Shown here: positions 17,601-25,563 of the stretch, piece by piece
How the letters are laid out: every line of letters begins with the position of its first letter
Position numbering within the stretch: position 1 is the stretch's first letter
Assembly (NCBI GenBank): GCA_045532555.1
Contig: JAZSGD010000137.1
Span: 1 to 38,521 of the forward strand
Length of the DNA stretch: 38,521 nucleotides
Reading direction: 5' to 3'
Origin: Eubacteriales bacterium
GTDB taxonomy: Bacteria > Bacillota > Clostridia > Oscillospirales > CAG-272
Translations under genes and position numbers: made by a program
The notes under the pieces: generated by a model
Database searches by the model: none
What the model was told of the DNA's origin: nothing
The model's input: only the letters and a program-made list of their open reading frames with translations

Positions 17601-20600
17601 ACAACTTATGGTTGGAGCAGTTAAAGAAACAGCCGCAGACCGCAGAACCCGAAAAGCCGATGAACCCTATATTGAAACGGCTGACGGAAAATCGGGCAAA
17701 ATACCCCGAAGCAATCATCCTTTTGCGTGTTGGCGACTTTTACGAAGCCTTTGATGAAGATGCTCATATTCTTGCGAAAACCTTTGATTATACGCTTACC
17801 TCCCGTCCGTTGGACGGTGAGCGCAAGGCTATGGTAGGTTTTCCGCAGCATATCTTTGAGAAAAACATTGATAAGCTGATGAAAACGGGTGTTCCGGTGG
17901 TTGTAAACTATCCCGACGGCAAAACGGACATTTACCCCGAACCCGTACAAAGCAAAGAAACAGACGGCTCCAATCGTGAGGTGGATACGCTCTGCAAAAT
18001 CCTTGACCGCTTGGGTATTGATGATATTACCATCGAGTATGAAAACGGAGAGCTTGTTGCCCGTGATGAGGATAATGTATGGTACAGTAAGCAGTTATAC
18101 GATTTCCTTGCCGATGAAGCCTTTGTATATACCGAGGACGGCGTATTGGGGATTGAGGATGAACTGCTTGCCGACTTTGCGGAACTTGCCAAGCGGTACG
18201 GAATTGAGATTCCGACCTACAATGCCGAAAAAGAACAAGGCGACGTGCTTGATGATGTTGACCCTGCCGCCATTCGTGAGAAACTTGCTCAAAGCGGTAT
18301 CGTAAACGGCGAAGTCGTGGACGAGGATGCTTTGAACAATTCACCTTTTATCCGTCAAGTTATGGCTGATGCAGAAGCGGCGCAGGAAGAAACGGAAACA
18401 CGGATCATTGCAAGGTATCAATCTGATAATGAGATTATCGTAATACAGCAGTATCCTAACGGTCAGTTTTATAACCGCTACGGCTATGATGAGAACACGG
18501 GCTTTGCCGCATCTACTGCAGGCGGGTTTGTTACTCTTGATGAAGCGGAAAAATCACTCCGTTCCCATCGTCCTATGGCAGTAAAGGTTGAGCCGAGCAT
18601 CGCAATACCAACCAACCTTGCACCGCCCAAGCCACGGAAAGAGCGTGTGCGATTTACCACCCTGCACCCCGAAATCCCTGCGGAACAGCGTCACAATTTC
18701 CGTATTACCGACCCTGAACTCGGATATGGTACGGCAAGCGAGAAATATGCTGCCAACGTAGCCGCCATCCGTCTGCTTAAAAAGATCGAAAGCGAGGAAC
18801 GGCTTGCCACTCCCGACGAGCAGGAAATCCTATCCCGCTATGTTGGTTGGGGCGGTCTTGCGGATTGCTTCAAGGAAGAACACAGCCGATATAACGAGCT
18901 GAAAAGCCTGTTAGAACCCGATGAATATGCCGCAGCAAGAGCGAGCAGTTTGACCGCCTTTTATACCTCTCCCGTTATTGTGGAGGCAATGTATAAGGCA
19001 CTCGGACAGATGGGGTTCAAAAACGGCAACCTCTTGGAGCCTGCCTGCGGTGTCGGCAACTTTATCGGTATGCTCCCCGAAGGAATGACGGGCGGCAAAG
19101 CCTACGGTGTGGAACTTGATAGTATCTCTGGCAGAATTGCACAGCAGTTGTATCAGAACAGCAATATTGCCGTGGATGGCTTTGAAAAGGTGGAAATGCC
19201 CGACAGCTTCTTTGACGTAGCAATCGGCAACGTGCCTTTCGGAGATCTTCGCCTTGCCGACCGTAAGTACGACAAGCACCATTGGCTCATACACGACTAT
19301 TTCTTTGGTAAGACCTTGGATAAAGTGCGACCGGGCGGTATTATCGCCTTTATTACGAGCAAGGGTACGATGGATAAGGAAAGCTCCGCCGTGCGTAAAT
19401 ACCTTGCGCAAAGAGCCGATCTGATCGGCGCTATTCGCTTACCCAATACCGCTTTTAAGAAGAACGCCGGCACCGAGGTCACAAGTGACATTATCTTCTT
19501 GCAGAAGCGTGACCGCATTATCGACATTGAACCCGATTGGGTGCATCTTGATACCGATGAGAACGGCATTAAGATGAACAGTTACTTTGTGCAGCACCCC
19601 GAAATGGTACTTGGCGATATGGTGATGGAGTCCTCCCGTTTTGGTATGGAGAGCACCTGCAGACCCTATGAAGGCGCCGACCTTGGCGACCTTTTGAACA
19701 ACGCCATTTCCAACCTTCACGCAGAGCTGACCGACTATGAGGTGGACGAACTTTCCGACGAGGAAGATTTATCTATTCCCGCAGATCCCAACGTGCGTAA
19801 TTTCAGTTACACGGTAGTGGACGGCAAACTGTATTTCCGTGAGAACAGCCGTATGCACCCCGCAAATCTCCCCTTGACTACCGAGAACCGTGTAAGGGGT
19901 ATGATTCTCTTGCGAGATTGTGTGCGGCAGCTCATTGAGTACCAAACCGAGAACTATCCCGATGAGATCATCAAGCGTGAGCAGGAAAAGCTGAACACCC
20001 TTTACGATAACTTCGTAAAGAAATATGGGCGTCTGTTCACCCGTGGCAATAACCTTGCTTTCCGTGATGACAGCAGTTATTGTCTGCTTTGCTCCCTTGA
20101 GGTACTTGACAATGAGGGTAACTTTGAGCGCAAGGCGGATATGTTCACCAAGCGTACTATCAAACCCCACGAACCCGTAACCAAGGTTGATACTTCAAGT
20201 GAGGCACTTGCCGTATCCATTTCCGAAAAGGCGTGTGTGGATCTTGAATATATGGCAGAACTGTCCGGTAAGATCGAGGAAGAACTGATTGCCGACCTTA
20301 AAGGCGTTATCTACCGTGACATTAAGTGTCCTATCAATACGGAGGAAATCTCTCCTGCCCACCAAGAGCTTGATTTTTATGACTTTGTGACGGCAGACGA
20401 ATATCTGTCGGGCAACGTGCGAAACAAGCTGAAAATGGCACGGGCATTGTGTTCGGTATTACCTGCCGAAAAAAGAGCAGAAATCGAGCATTGTATCCCT
20501 GCTCTGGAGGCGGTACAGCCCGAAGATCTGAGTGCGGGTGAAATCAGCGTCCACATCGGAACGCCGTGGATACCTGCCGAGGTATATCAGCAGTTTATGT

Positions 20601-23491
20601 TTGAAACCTTTGGTACGAACCGCTATGCCCAGGACAGAATGGGCGTCCTTTATTCCCGCTATAACGGTACTTGGAATGTTACTAATAAGAGCGCCGACAG
20701 CAGTAATATCAAGATAACGACCACCTACGGCACCAAGCGTATCAATGCCTACCACATTTTCGAGCAATGCCTAAATCAGAAGGATGTACGCATCTTCGAT
20801 ACGGTCATTGAAAACGGCAAAGAGAAACCTGTGCTCAACAAGAAGGAAACGGCGATTGCCCAAGACAGACAAGAGCTTATCAAGCAGAAGTTTGTGGAAT
20901 GGATATGGCGGGATATTGACCGCCGTGAGACGCTTTGCAAACTCTACAATGAAACCTATAACTCCATTCGTCCCCGTGAGTATGACGGTCAGCATATCCG
21001 CTTTACGGGTATGAACCCCGAAATCTCTCTGCGACCGCACCAAATCAACGCTATCGCTCATATCCTCTATGGCGGTAATACCTTGCTTGCCCACGAAGTA
21101 GGTGCAGGCAAGACCTTTGAAATGGTTGCGGCGGCTATGGAACTGAAACGCTTGGGACTCTGCAATAAGTCAATGATCGTCGTGCCGAACCATATCACCG
21201 AGCAATGGGCGGCAGAATGGTTACAGTTATATCCTGCGGCGAATGTGCTGATAGCCACCGAGCGTGACTTTGAAAAGCAAAACCGCCGTAAACTCTGCGC
21301 CCGTATTGCCACCGGCGATTACGATGCCGTTATTATCGGTCACAGCCAGCTCCAAAAGATACCGATGTCAAAGGAGCGACAGCAAGCCATTATCGAGCGA
21401 CAAATCGAGCAGGTTATGATCGCCATTCAGCTTGCCAAAAAGGAAAAAGCCGAAAACTTTACTGTCAAGCAGATGGAACGTACCCGTAAATCCCTTGAAA
21501 CAAGACTTGAACGGCTCAACGATATTGAGCGTGATGACACCGTGACCTTTGAAGAACTCGGTGTTGACCGCTTGTTTATTGATGAGAGCCACTATTTCAA
21601 GAACCTGTTTCTTGCCACTAAAATGCGTAACGTGGGCGGTATCGCACAGACCGAAGCACAAAAGTCCTCCGACCTCTTTATGAAATGTCAGTACCTTGAC
21701 GAAATCACCGAGGGTCGAGGGGTTATCTTTGCAACGGGTACGCCTATCAGCAATTCAATGGTGGAACTCTACACTATACAGCGATATTTGCAGTATGGAC
21801 TACTTGATGAATTGGGACTCCAGCATTTTGATGATTGGGCGGCGAACTACGGTGAAACCACCACGACCATTGAGCTTTCCCCCGAAGGTAGCGGGTACAG
21901 ACCGAAAACAAGGTTTTCCAAGTTTGTCAACCTACCCGAACTAATGGCACACTTTAAGATGTGCGCCGATATTCAGACGGCGGATATGCTCAAACTCCCC
22001 GTACCTGAAGCAATCTTCCACAATGAGGTTATCAAACCCTCCGAACTGCAAAAAGAAGCCATTGCGGGACTTGCGGAACGAGCCGAAGCGGTGCGTGGCG
22101 GTAACGTCGATCCGAGCGTGGATAATATGCTCAAAATCACCAACGACGGCAGAAAGTTAGCACTTGATATGCGGCTTTTCAATCCGCTTGCACCCGATGA
22201 TGAAAACGGCAAGGTTGCCACCTGCGCCCGTAACGTATTCCGTATATGGGATGAGGGCAAAGAGGAACGGACAACGCAGCTTGTGTTCTGCGACCTTTCC
22301 ACCCCGAAAGGCGACGGCAGTTTTAACGTCTATGAGGATTTGAAGCAGAAACTTATGGAGCGTGGCATCCCGGAGGAAGAAATCGCCTTTATTCACGATG
22401 CCAATACCGATGCCCGTAAAAAAGAACTGTTCGCCAAGGTTCGCTCCGGTCAGGTGCGTATCCTTATGGGCAGTACACCGAAGATGGGTGCAGGAACCAA
22501 TGTGCAGGATAGGCTTGTGGCTCTCCACGACCTTGATTGTCCGTGGCGACCGAGTGACCTTGCACAACGCCTTGGCCGTATAGTACGACAAGGCAACCGC
22601 AACAAAAAGGTAGATATTTTCCGTTACGTTACCGAAGGAACCTTTGACGCATATCTGTATCAGCTTGTAGAAAACAAGCAGAAATTCATTGCACAGATTA
22701 TGACGAGCAAAGCTCCCGTCCGTATTGCATCCGACGTGGACGAAACGGCGCTGAACTATGCGGAGATCAAAGCCTTGGCAACGGGTAATCCGCTGATTAT
22801 TGAGAAATGCACCCTTGATATGGAGGTAAGCAAACTCAATATGTTAAAGGCAAGCTACCTCAATCAGAAATATGCCTTGGAGGAACTTGTGCTGCGTAAG
22901 TACCCCGCAGATATGAGCGAGGTACGGGAACGTATCGCAGGCTATGAAAAGGACTTGGAGATCGCCCGTGCTCACCCGAAAATAGAGGACGGTTTTACAG
23001 GTATGGTGATTATGGGCGTAACCCATACCGAGAAAGAAACCGCAGGTAAAGCCATCATTGATGCGTGTACCCGTATGACAGACCCCGATGCCATCCCCTT
23101 GGGAGAGTATCGGGGTTTTACTATGACCCTATCTTATGACGGGCAGGCTAATGAATACCGCATTACGCTGAAAGGTGCGCTTTCCCACACGGTTGTTTTG
23201 GGTTCGGATATTTACGGTAATATCACCCGTATGGATAACCGCATTGACGGCATTGAAGAACAACTGAAAGTGCTGAACGAAAAACTTGCGGATATTCAAA
23301 CGCAGCTTGAAAATGCCCGTACCGAAATGGAGGCTCCCTTTGCCCGTGAAGCGGAGCTTGCAGAGAAAACAAGGCGACTCCAAGAACTCAATGTCCTACT
23401 CAACTTGGATGCCAAGGATAAAACCCTTATGGCGGATGAGCCGGACGAGGGCGACAAGGTTGCACCACGCAAAAATGAATATGCAAGGTAA
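14612..23491 (+). CDS. giant polyvalent protein: ArdC-N-like ssDNA-binding head, disordered linker, MutS-domain-I-like module, N6-adenine DNA methyltransferase, SNF2/DEAD-type helicase
   Basis: 2959 codons with SD AAGGAGG 7 nt upstream. N-terminal region: YNYRLPFDEQVLIHAQRPDATAV..W.QKFGRWV. MutS-I-like: AIILLRVGDFYEAFDEDAHILA. Methyltransferase motif I LEPACGVGNF and motif IV NVPF. Helicase motifs GAGKT, DESH, ATGTPISNS and QRLGRIVRQGN. Confidence 0.9.
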   Translation: MASKYEIITALYRESVKGLAKNHHTWTAFLHSACYNYRLPFDEQVLIHAQRPDATAVLEIEGKNGWNQKFGRWVNRYATGIAVFDRHHAGRQRLKYYFDISDTHESRFARPVPIWEYKPEYEAAVIEALENRFGELRDKSDLQSALHSVAKNAVEDNLPDYLSELIRYRADSFLEDYDDLNVEVIYRRLLENSVAYMLMSRCGLDVDEYFEVDDFNDVINFNSPDTMNTLGVSTSDIAENCLGAIALTVRNLQREEKKENRTFAENAEKEYPIVSKPKTMSERSIEDGTDLHDEERLSSAEPVAPARAGGSPWEIRIASQKVSATEPKSEVHQSADVGQAERAPDGSGQSGKREDGTLGSTDGTSRGHHGGNESHQSDEMGGTDEQHPNVGGGTSAERADLRINDENAGGEELPAFLDERLIMGIIANKDDDLKFKKHQIELFFSVHTDPKERAEYLKSAYHDRYTEVILDGGVRCGYKPQEDGLLMWEGAYLSRTKESVFSWDCIVGFTDQLIKKKEYSPGIINRRTKKLPPQDSNQLTLFDVFDMGVVEPSEETPQLSLFPKWEASQQIIDETLCIGANERKSLLDICARFMKDMSVEENAEWLKEHYGTSGTGFFFEGRRIAVWYDENGIRIGEGDTAQRSTATVVTWEQAAKRIRELLDLGRYIPQSLIDKAADHEYEQVALNLLYITNDFTDRNAPYNQVIQGVINQRGGYPVMTEQLSNLLKDQDALAQIVKEWEVFTAAHKENPDLLRFRWYRPQKWLERLRNLQREPVIFRAEEGFDPKRERFITKDELDRLLRGSEQRSDYRLGVYSFFRTHKDAKEREKYLREKFGTGGGTYDGNAYTNHDGKGYSFSRGDIMTPFAKITLSWAQVTKRITELYNRNSFLTEQDKEGMAEYELRELGHIVHNGFFGASDEHPKPFTDNDTVRYWDNVKSVAEQLKDPNRAEVIYTTMLLPLWESTLPNDRYYEHRKKAVEALQQYRDGVFSVFGNGHNLWLEQLKKQPQTAEPEKPMNPILKRLTENRAKYPEAIILLRVGDFYEAFDEDAHILAKTFDYTLTSRPLDGERKAMVGFPQHIFEKNIDKLMKTGVPVVVNYPDGKTDIYPEPVQSKETDGSNREVDTLCKILDRLGIDDITIEYENGELVARDEDNVWYSKQLYDFLADEAFVYTEDGVLGIEDELLADFAELAKRYGIEIPTYNAEKEQGDVLDDVDPAAIREKLAQSGIVNGEVVDEDALNNSPFIRQVMADAEAAQEETETRIIARYQSDNEIIVIQQYPNGQFYNRYGYDENTGFAASTAGGFVTLDEAEKSLRSHRPMAVKVEPSIAIPTNLAPPKPRKERVRFTTLHPEIPAEQRHNFRITDPELGYGTASEKYAANVAAIRLLKKIESEERLATPDEQEILSRYVGWGGLADCFKEEHSRYNELKSLLEPDEYAAARASSLTAFYTSPVIVEAMYKALGQMGFKNGNLLEPACGVGNFIGMLPEGMTGGKAYGVELDSISGRIAQQLYQNSNIAVDGFEKVEMPDSFFDVAIGNVPFGDLRLADRKYDKHHWLIHDYFFGKTLDKVRPGGIIAFITSKGTMDKESSAVRKYLAQRADLIGAIRLPNTAFKKNAGTEVTSDIIFLQKRDRIIDIEPDWVHLDTDENGIKMNSYFVQHPEMVLGDMVMESSRFGMESTCRPYEGADLGDLLNNAISNLHAELTDYEVDELSDEEDLSIPADPNVRNFSYTVVDGKLYFRENSRMHPANLPLTTENRVRGMILLRDCVRQLIEYQTENYPDEIIKREQEKLNTLYDNFVKKYGRLFTRGNNLAFRDDSSYCLLCSLEVLDNEGNFERKADMFTKRTIKPHEPVTKVDTSSEALAVSISEKACVDLEYMAELSGKIEEELIADLKGVIYRDIKCPINTEEISPAHQELDFYDFVTADEYLSGNVRNKLKMARALCSVLPAEKRAEIEHCIPALEAVQPEDLSAGEISVHIGTPWIPAEVYQQFMFETFGTNRYAQDRMGVLYSRYNGTWNVTNKSADSSNIKITTTYGTKRINAYHIFEQCLNQKDVRIFDTVIENGKEKPVLNKKETAIAQDRQELIKQKFVEWIWRDIDRRETLCKLYNETYNSIRPREYDGQHIRFTGMNPEISLRPHQINAIAHILYGGNTLLAHEVGAGKTFEMVAAAMELKRLGLCNKSMIVVPNHITEQWAAEWLQLYPAANVLIATERDFEKQNRRKLCARIATGDYDAVIIGHSQLQKIPMSKERQQAIIERQIEQVMIAIQLAKKEKAENFTVKQMERTRKSLETRLERLNDIERDDTVTFEELGVDRLFIDESHYFKNLFLATKMRNVGGIAQTEAQKSSDLFMKCQYLDEITEGRGVIFATGTPISNSMVELYTIQRYLQYGLLDELGLQHFDDWAANYGETTTTIELSPEGSGYRPKTRFSKFVNLPELMAHFKMCADIQTADMLKLPVPEAIFHNEVIKPSELQKEAIAGLAERAEAVRGGNVDPSVDNMLKITNDGRKLALDMRLFNPLAPDDENGKVATCARNVFRIWDEGKEERTTQLVFCDLSTPKGDGSFNVYEDLKQKLMERGIPEEEIAFIHDANTDARKKELFAKVRSGQVRILMGSTPKMGAGTNVQDRLVALHDLDCPWRPSDLAQRLGRIVRQGNRNKKVDIFRYVTEGTFDAYLYQLVENKQKFIAQIMTSKAPVRIASDVDETALNYAEIKALATGNPLIIEKCTLDMEVSKLNMLKASYLNQKYALEELVLRKYPADMSEVRERIAGYEKDLEIARAHPKIEDGFTGMVIMGVTHTEKETAGKAIIDACTRMTDPDAIPLGEYRGFTMTLSYDGQANEYRITLKGALSHTVVLGSDIYGNITRMDNRIDGIEEQLKVLNEKLADIQTQLENARTEMEAPFAREAELAEKTRRLQELNVLLNLDAKDKTLMADEPDEGDKVAPRKNEYAR
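15471..15821 (+). CDS. tnpV: TnpV-like protein (116 aa) nested in the +1 frame inside the giant ORF
   Basis: AAGGAG (15457-15462) lies 8 nt before ATG 15471, and the stop TAA is at 15819-15821. The product is MELTYTMKNGYRLPNLLPPQEPEVHLGKYALLRRRYLQQNRKVRFTNLLTSGKLNEHLMEVDKAANERMELLVAQMAQAEGITEEMKATNQMKWVGLMNNIRMSAEEQVLKELIYE. It matches the TnpV family of Tn4451-like clostridial elements as I remember its consensus. Expression is untested. Confidence 0.6.
   Translation: MELTYTMKNGYRLPNLLPPQEPEVHLGKYALLRRRYLQQNRKVRFTNLLTSGKLNEHLMEVDKAANERMELLVAQMAQAEGITEEMKATNQMKWVGLMNNIRMSAEEQVLKELIYE
17666..17910 (+). other. MutS N-terminal (domain I, mismatch-recognition) like module within the giant ORF
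   Basis: PILKRLTENRAKYPEAIILLRVGDFYEAFDEDAHILAKTFDYTLTSRPLDGERKAMVGFPQHIFEKNIDKLMKTGVPVVV. The GDFYE motif (17732-17746) retains the Phe-x-Glu pair of MutS. Confidence 0.6.
19034..19240 (+). other. N6-adenine methyltransferase catalytic core motifs within the giant ORF
   Basis: Motif I LEPACGVGNF (19034-19063) and motif IV NVPF (19229-19240). Confidence 0.8.
21101..22597 (+). other. SNF2/DEAD-like helicase core within the giant ORF
   Basis: GAGKT (21101-21115), DESH (21581-21592), ATGTPISNS, GSTPKMGAGTNVQ, and QRLGRIVRQGN (ending approx 22597). Confidence 0.85.
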
Positions 23492-23503
23492 AGGAGGTCT
23501 TTT

Positions 23504-24484
23504 ATGGGATATGTAACACCGGAGCAAATCGCAAAAGCCAAGGAAATGGATCTGCTGACATACTTGCAGACGTTTGAACCAACCGAGCTTGTGAAGGTCA
23601 GCCCAAACACCTACTGCACCCGTGAGCACGACAGCCTTAAAATATCCAACGGCAAATGGTGCTGGCACTCCCGTGGTATTGGCGGCAAAAATGCTCTCAA
23701 ATATCTTATAGAGGTTAAAAACATTCCCTTTACCGAAGCGGTGGAGATCATTACGGGACAGGCGGCAGTAATGCCGTCTGTTTCCCGTTCTCCCGCCGAA
23801 AGTCATCCCAAACCCAAGGTACTGTTGCTGCCAAAGGTCAACCGATGTGCAACGGTGGGTTTTAATTATCTGCGAAGCCGTGGTATTGATGCGGAGCTGA
23901 TACACCATTGTATCCGCACAGGACGGTTCTATGAGAGTTATCCTCATCACAGTGCCGTGTTCGTTGGATTGGATAAGGAGAACAAGCCACGGTACGCCAC
24001 CATCCGAGGTATCGGGAACGACTTTATAGGCGAAGCCAACGGCAGCGACAAGCGGTATTCCTTTTCCTTTCCCGCCGAGCACAGCGACACCTTATGTCTG
24101 TTTGAGTCCGCCGTTGACCTGCTATCGTTTGCCACCCTTTTGAAGCTCTACGGCAAGCCGTGGAACGCGGATCATCTTGTGTCCTTGGCGGGGGTATATA
24201 AACCCAAACAAGAGATACGGGACAGTTCCTTGCCCCTTGCTCTGAGTCAGTACCTTTCCGACCACCCGAATATCCGTACTGTGCATTTGTGCCTGGATAA
24301 TGATATGGGCGGTCGTTTGGCGGCAGATACCTTAAAACTGTTGCTTCCCGAAAGGTACGGCGTAGAGGTCAAGGAGCGTTTTCCACCGAGGGGCAAGGAT
24401 TATAACGATTACCTCTGTGACCTGCTTGGGTTACAGAGAACTACACGAAAAGCAAAGGAGAATACGACCAATGAAAGAGTATGA
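23504..24484 (+). CDS. DUF3991 plus Toprim domain protein (conjugative primase-like)
   Basis: SD AAAGGAGG. N-terminal pattern SLKISNGKWCWHSRGIGGKNALKYLIEVKNIPFTEAVEII. Toprim acidic motifs LFESAVDLLS and LCLDNDMGG. Confidence 0.75.
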   Translation: MGYVTPEQIAKAKEMDLLTYLQTFEPTELVKVSPNTYCTREHDSLKISNGKWCWHSRGIGGKNALKYLIEVKNIPFTEAVEIITGQAAVMPSVSRSPAESHPKPKVLLLPKVNRCATVGFNYLRSRGIDAELIHHCIRTGRFYESYPHHSAVFVGLDKENKPRYATIRGIGNDFIGEANGSDKRYSFSFPAEHSDTLCLFESAVDLLSFATLLKLYGKPWNADHLVSLAGVYKPKQEIRDSSLPLALSQYLSDHPNIRTVHLCLDNDMGGRLAADTLKLLLPERYGVEVKERFPPRGKDYNDYLCDLLGLQRTTRKAKENTTNERV

Positions 24485-24986
24485 AGTAAGCATTGTTGAA
24501 ACGCTGAAAAAGACCGTAACGGTCGAAGCGGAGTCCCCGGAGGATGCCAAATACCAAGTGCAAAAGGCTTGGGGCAAAGGCGAATATATCCTTGATGCCG
24601 ACGATTTTTCGGGGTTGGAATTTGAACTGTCGCCCTATCAAGTGGATATGTCCTACCGTGAAATGACCGATATTTTCCGTGCGGCGGAACGAGCCAACCA
24701 ATCGGTAAATGGCTTTATCGTTTTTACTGCCGACAGTTTTGAAAAGCCGTATGAGGAGATTTCCCGAACCTACGGGGTATCGAGCAACAACAAAGCCTTT
24801 CAGGATGGTATGGGCGGTTATTCCATTTATGGCTCTTGCCTTGACGGAACAGACCCGTGCTTGCGGTTGGAAGGCTATATCCGAGGCGGCAGCGACGGTT
24901 GGAAGATCGAGCGTTGCTATATGATGAGTGACACCTTGGAAAAGGCAAAAGCCCTGCTCCCGGAGAAGAAGGACAAAGGACGCTGA
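24471..24986 (+). CDS. hypothetical protein with an N-terminal DpnD/PcfM-like region
   Basis: I prefer ATG 24471, with AAGGAG 10 nt upstream. The N-terminus is MKEYEVSIVETLKKTVTVEAESPEDAKYQVQKAWGKGEYILDADDF. The C-terminal half is unrecognised. Confidence 0.5.
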   Translation: MKEYEVSIVETLKKTVTVEAESPEDAKYQVQKAWGKGEYILDADDFSGLEFELSPYQVDMSYREMTDIFRAAERANQSVNGFIVFTADSFEKPYEEISRTYGVSSNNKAFQDGMGGYSIYGSCLDGTDPCLRLEGYIRGGSDGWKIERCYMMSDTLEKAKALLPEKKDKGR

Positions 24987-25054
24987 TTTATTTTCGGCAA
25001 GTAACAACGGGCGACCGAATGGGAGAACGAATATGCACTATACCAGCAAGCATC

Positions 25055-25098
25055 GCCTTTTGGGGACAAAAGGCAGACTTGTTAGGGATAGTCCCTAA
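25055..25098. promoter_or_regulatory. candidate oriT region: two adjacent perfect hairpins upstream of mobC/relaxase
   Basis: GCCTTTTG-GGGA-CAAAAGGC (25055-25074) and TTAGGGA-TAG-TCCCTAA (25082-25098). They lie in the only sizeable non-coding gap next to the relaxosome genes. No nic consensus was recognised. Confidence 0.4.
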
Positions 25099-25123
25099 AA
25101 CCCTTATGAAAGCGAGTGATGTA

Positions 25124-25255
25124 ATGAGCAATATTTTGATTTTTATAGCAGGCTATACCATAGGCGGCATTGTCGGTATAGTCGTGATGAGTGTACTGCA
25201 AATCAACCACGACCGAAAGGAGTTACAGAATGAACAATCGAAACATCGAGATTAA
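25124..25255 (+). CDS. small membrane protein (43 aa, DUF3789-like)
   Basis: MSNILIFIAGYTIGGIVGIVVMSVLQINHDRKELQNEQSKHRD has a single TM helix. The start is uncertain (alternatives at 25106 and 25019). It overlaps the mobC start. Confidence 0.4.
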   Translation: MSNILIFIAGYTIGGIVGIVVMSVLQINHDRKELQNEQSKHRD

Positions 25256-25559
25256 GGTTCGCCTTAATCGTAAAGAAGCGGAAGCATTAAATAAGCGTGT
25301 AAAAAAATGCAGACTTTCCCGTGAGGGTTATCTGCGACACTTAATCAACGGAGAGGTGCCGAGAGAGGCACCGCCCCCGGAATATTTTGAGTTTATGCGT
25401 GAGCTTCACAACGTAGGAAACAACCTTAACCAAGTGGCGCAGAAAGCCCACGTGCTGAATGTCATTGACGTAAAGCGTTATGACGAAAACTGCCGCCGTT
25501 TGGAAAAGCTCATCCGTGACGTAACGGCGGCGGTTATCCTCCCTGCAAAGAGGTGGTGA
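25230..25559 (+). CDS. mobC: MobC-type relaxosome accessory protein (ribbon-helix-helix)
   Basis: ATG 25230 lies 7 nt after AAGGAG. Pattern: IKVRLNRKEAEALNKRVKKCRLSREGYLRHLI...ELHNVGNNLNQVAQKAH. It sits directly upstream of the relaxase. Confidence 0.8.
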   Translation: MNNRNIEIKVRLNRKEAEALNKRVKKCRLSREGYLRHLINGEVPREAPPPEYFEFMRELHNVGNNLNQVAQKAHVLNVIDVKRYDENCRRLEKLIRDVTAAVILPAKRW

Positions 25560-25563
25560 TTCT

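Noticed and set aside
15837-18305. Other alternate-frame ORFs inside the giant gene (15837-16229, 16962-17201, 17976-18305 and similar), checked as possible further nested genes
   Set aside because: Unlike the TnpV-like ORF, they lack an SD and ATG context, and their translations are R/S/T/P-rich strings with no family resemblance.
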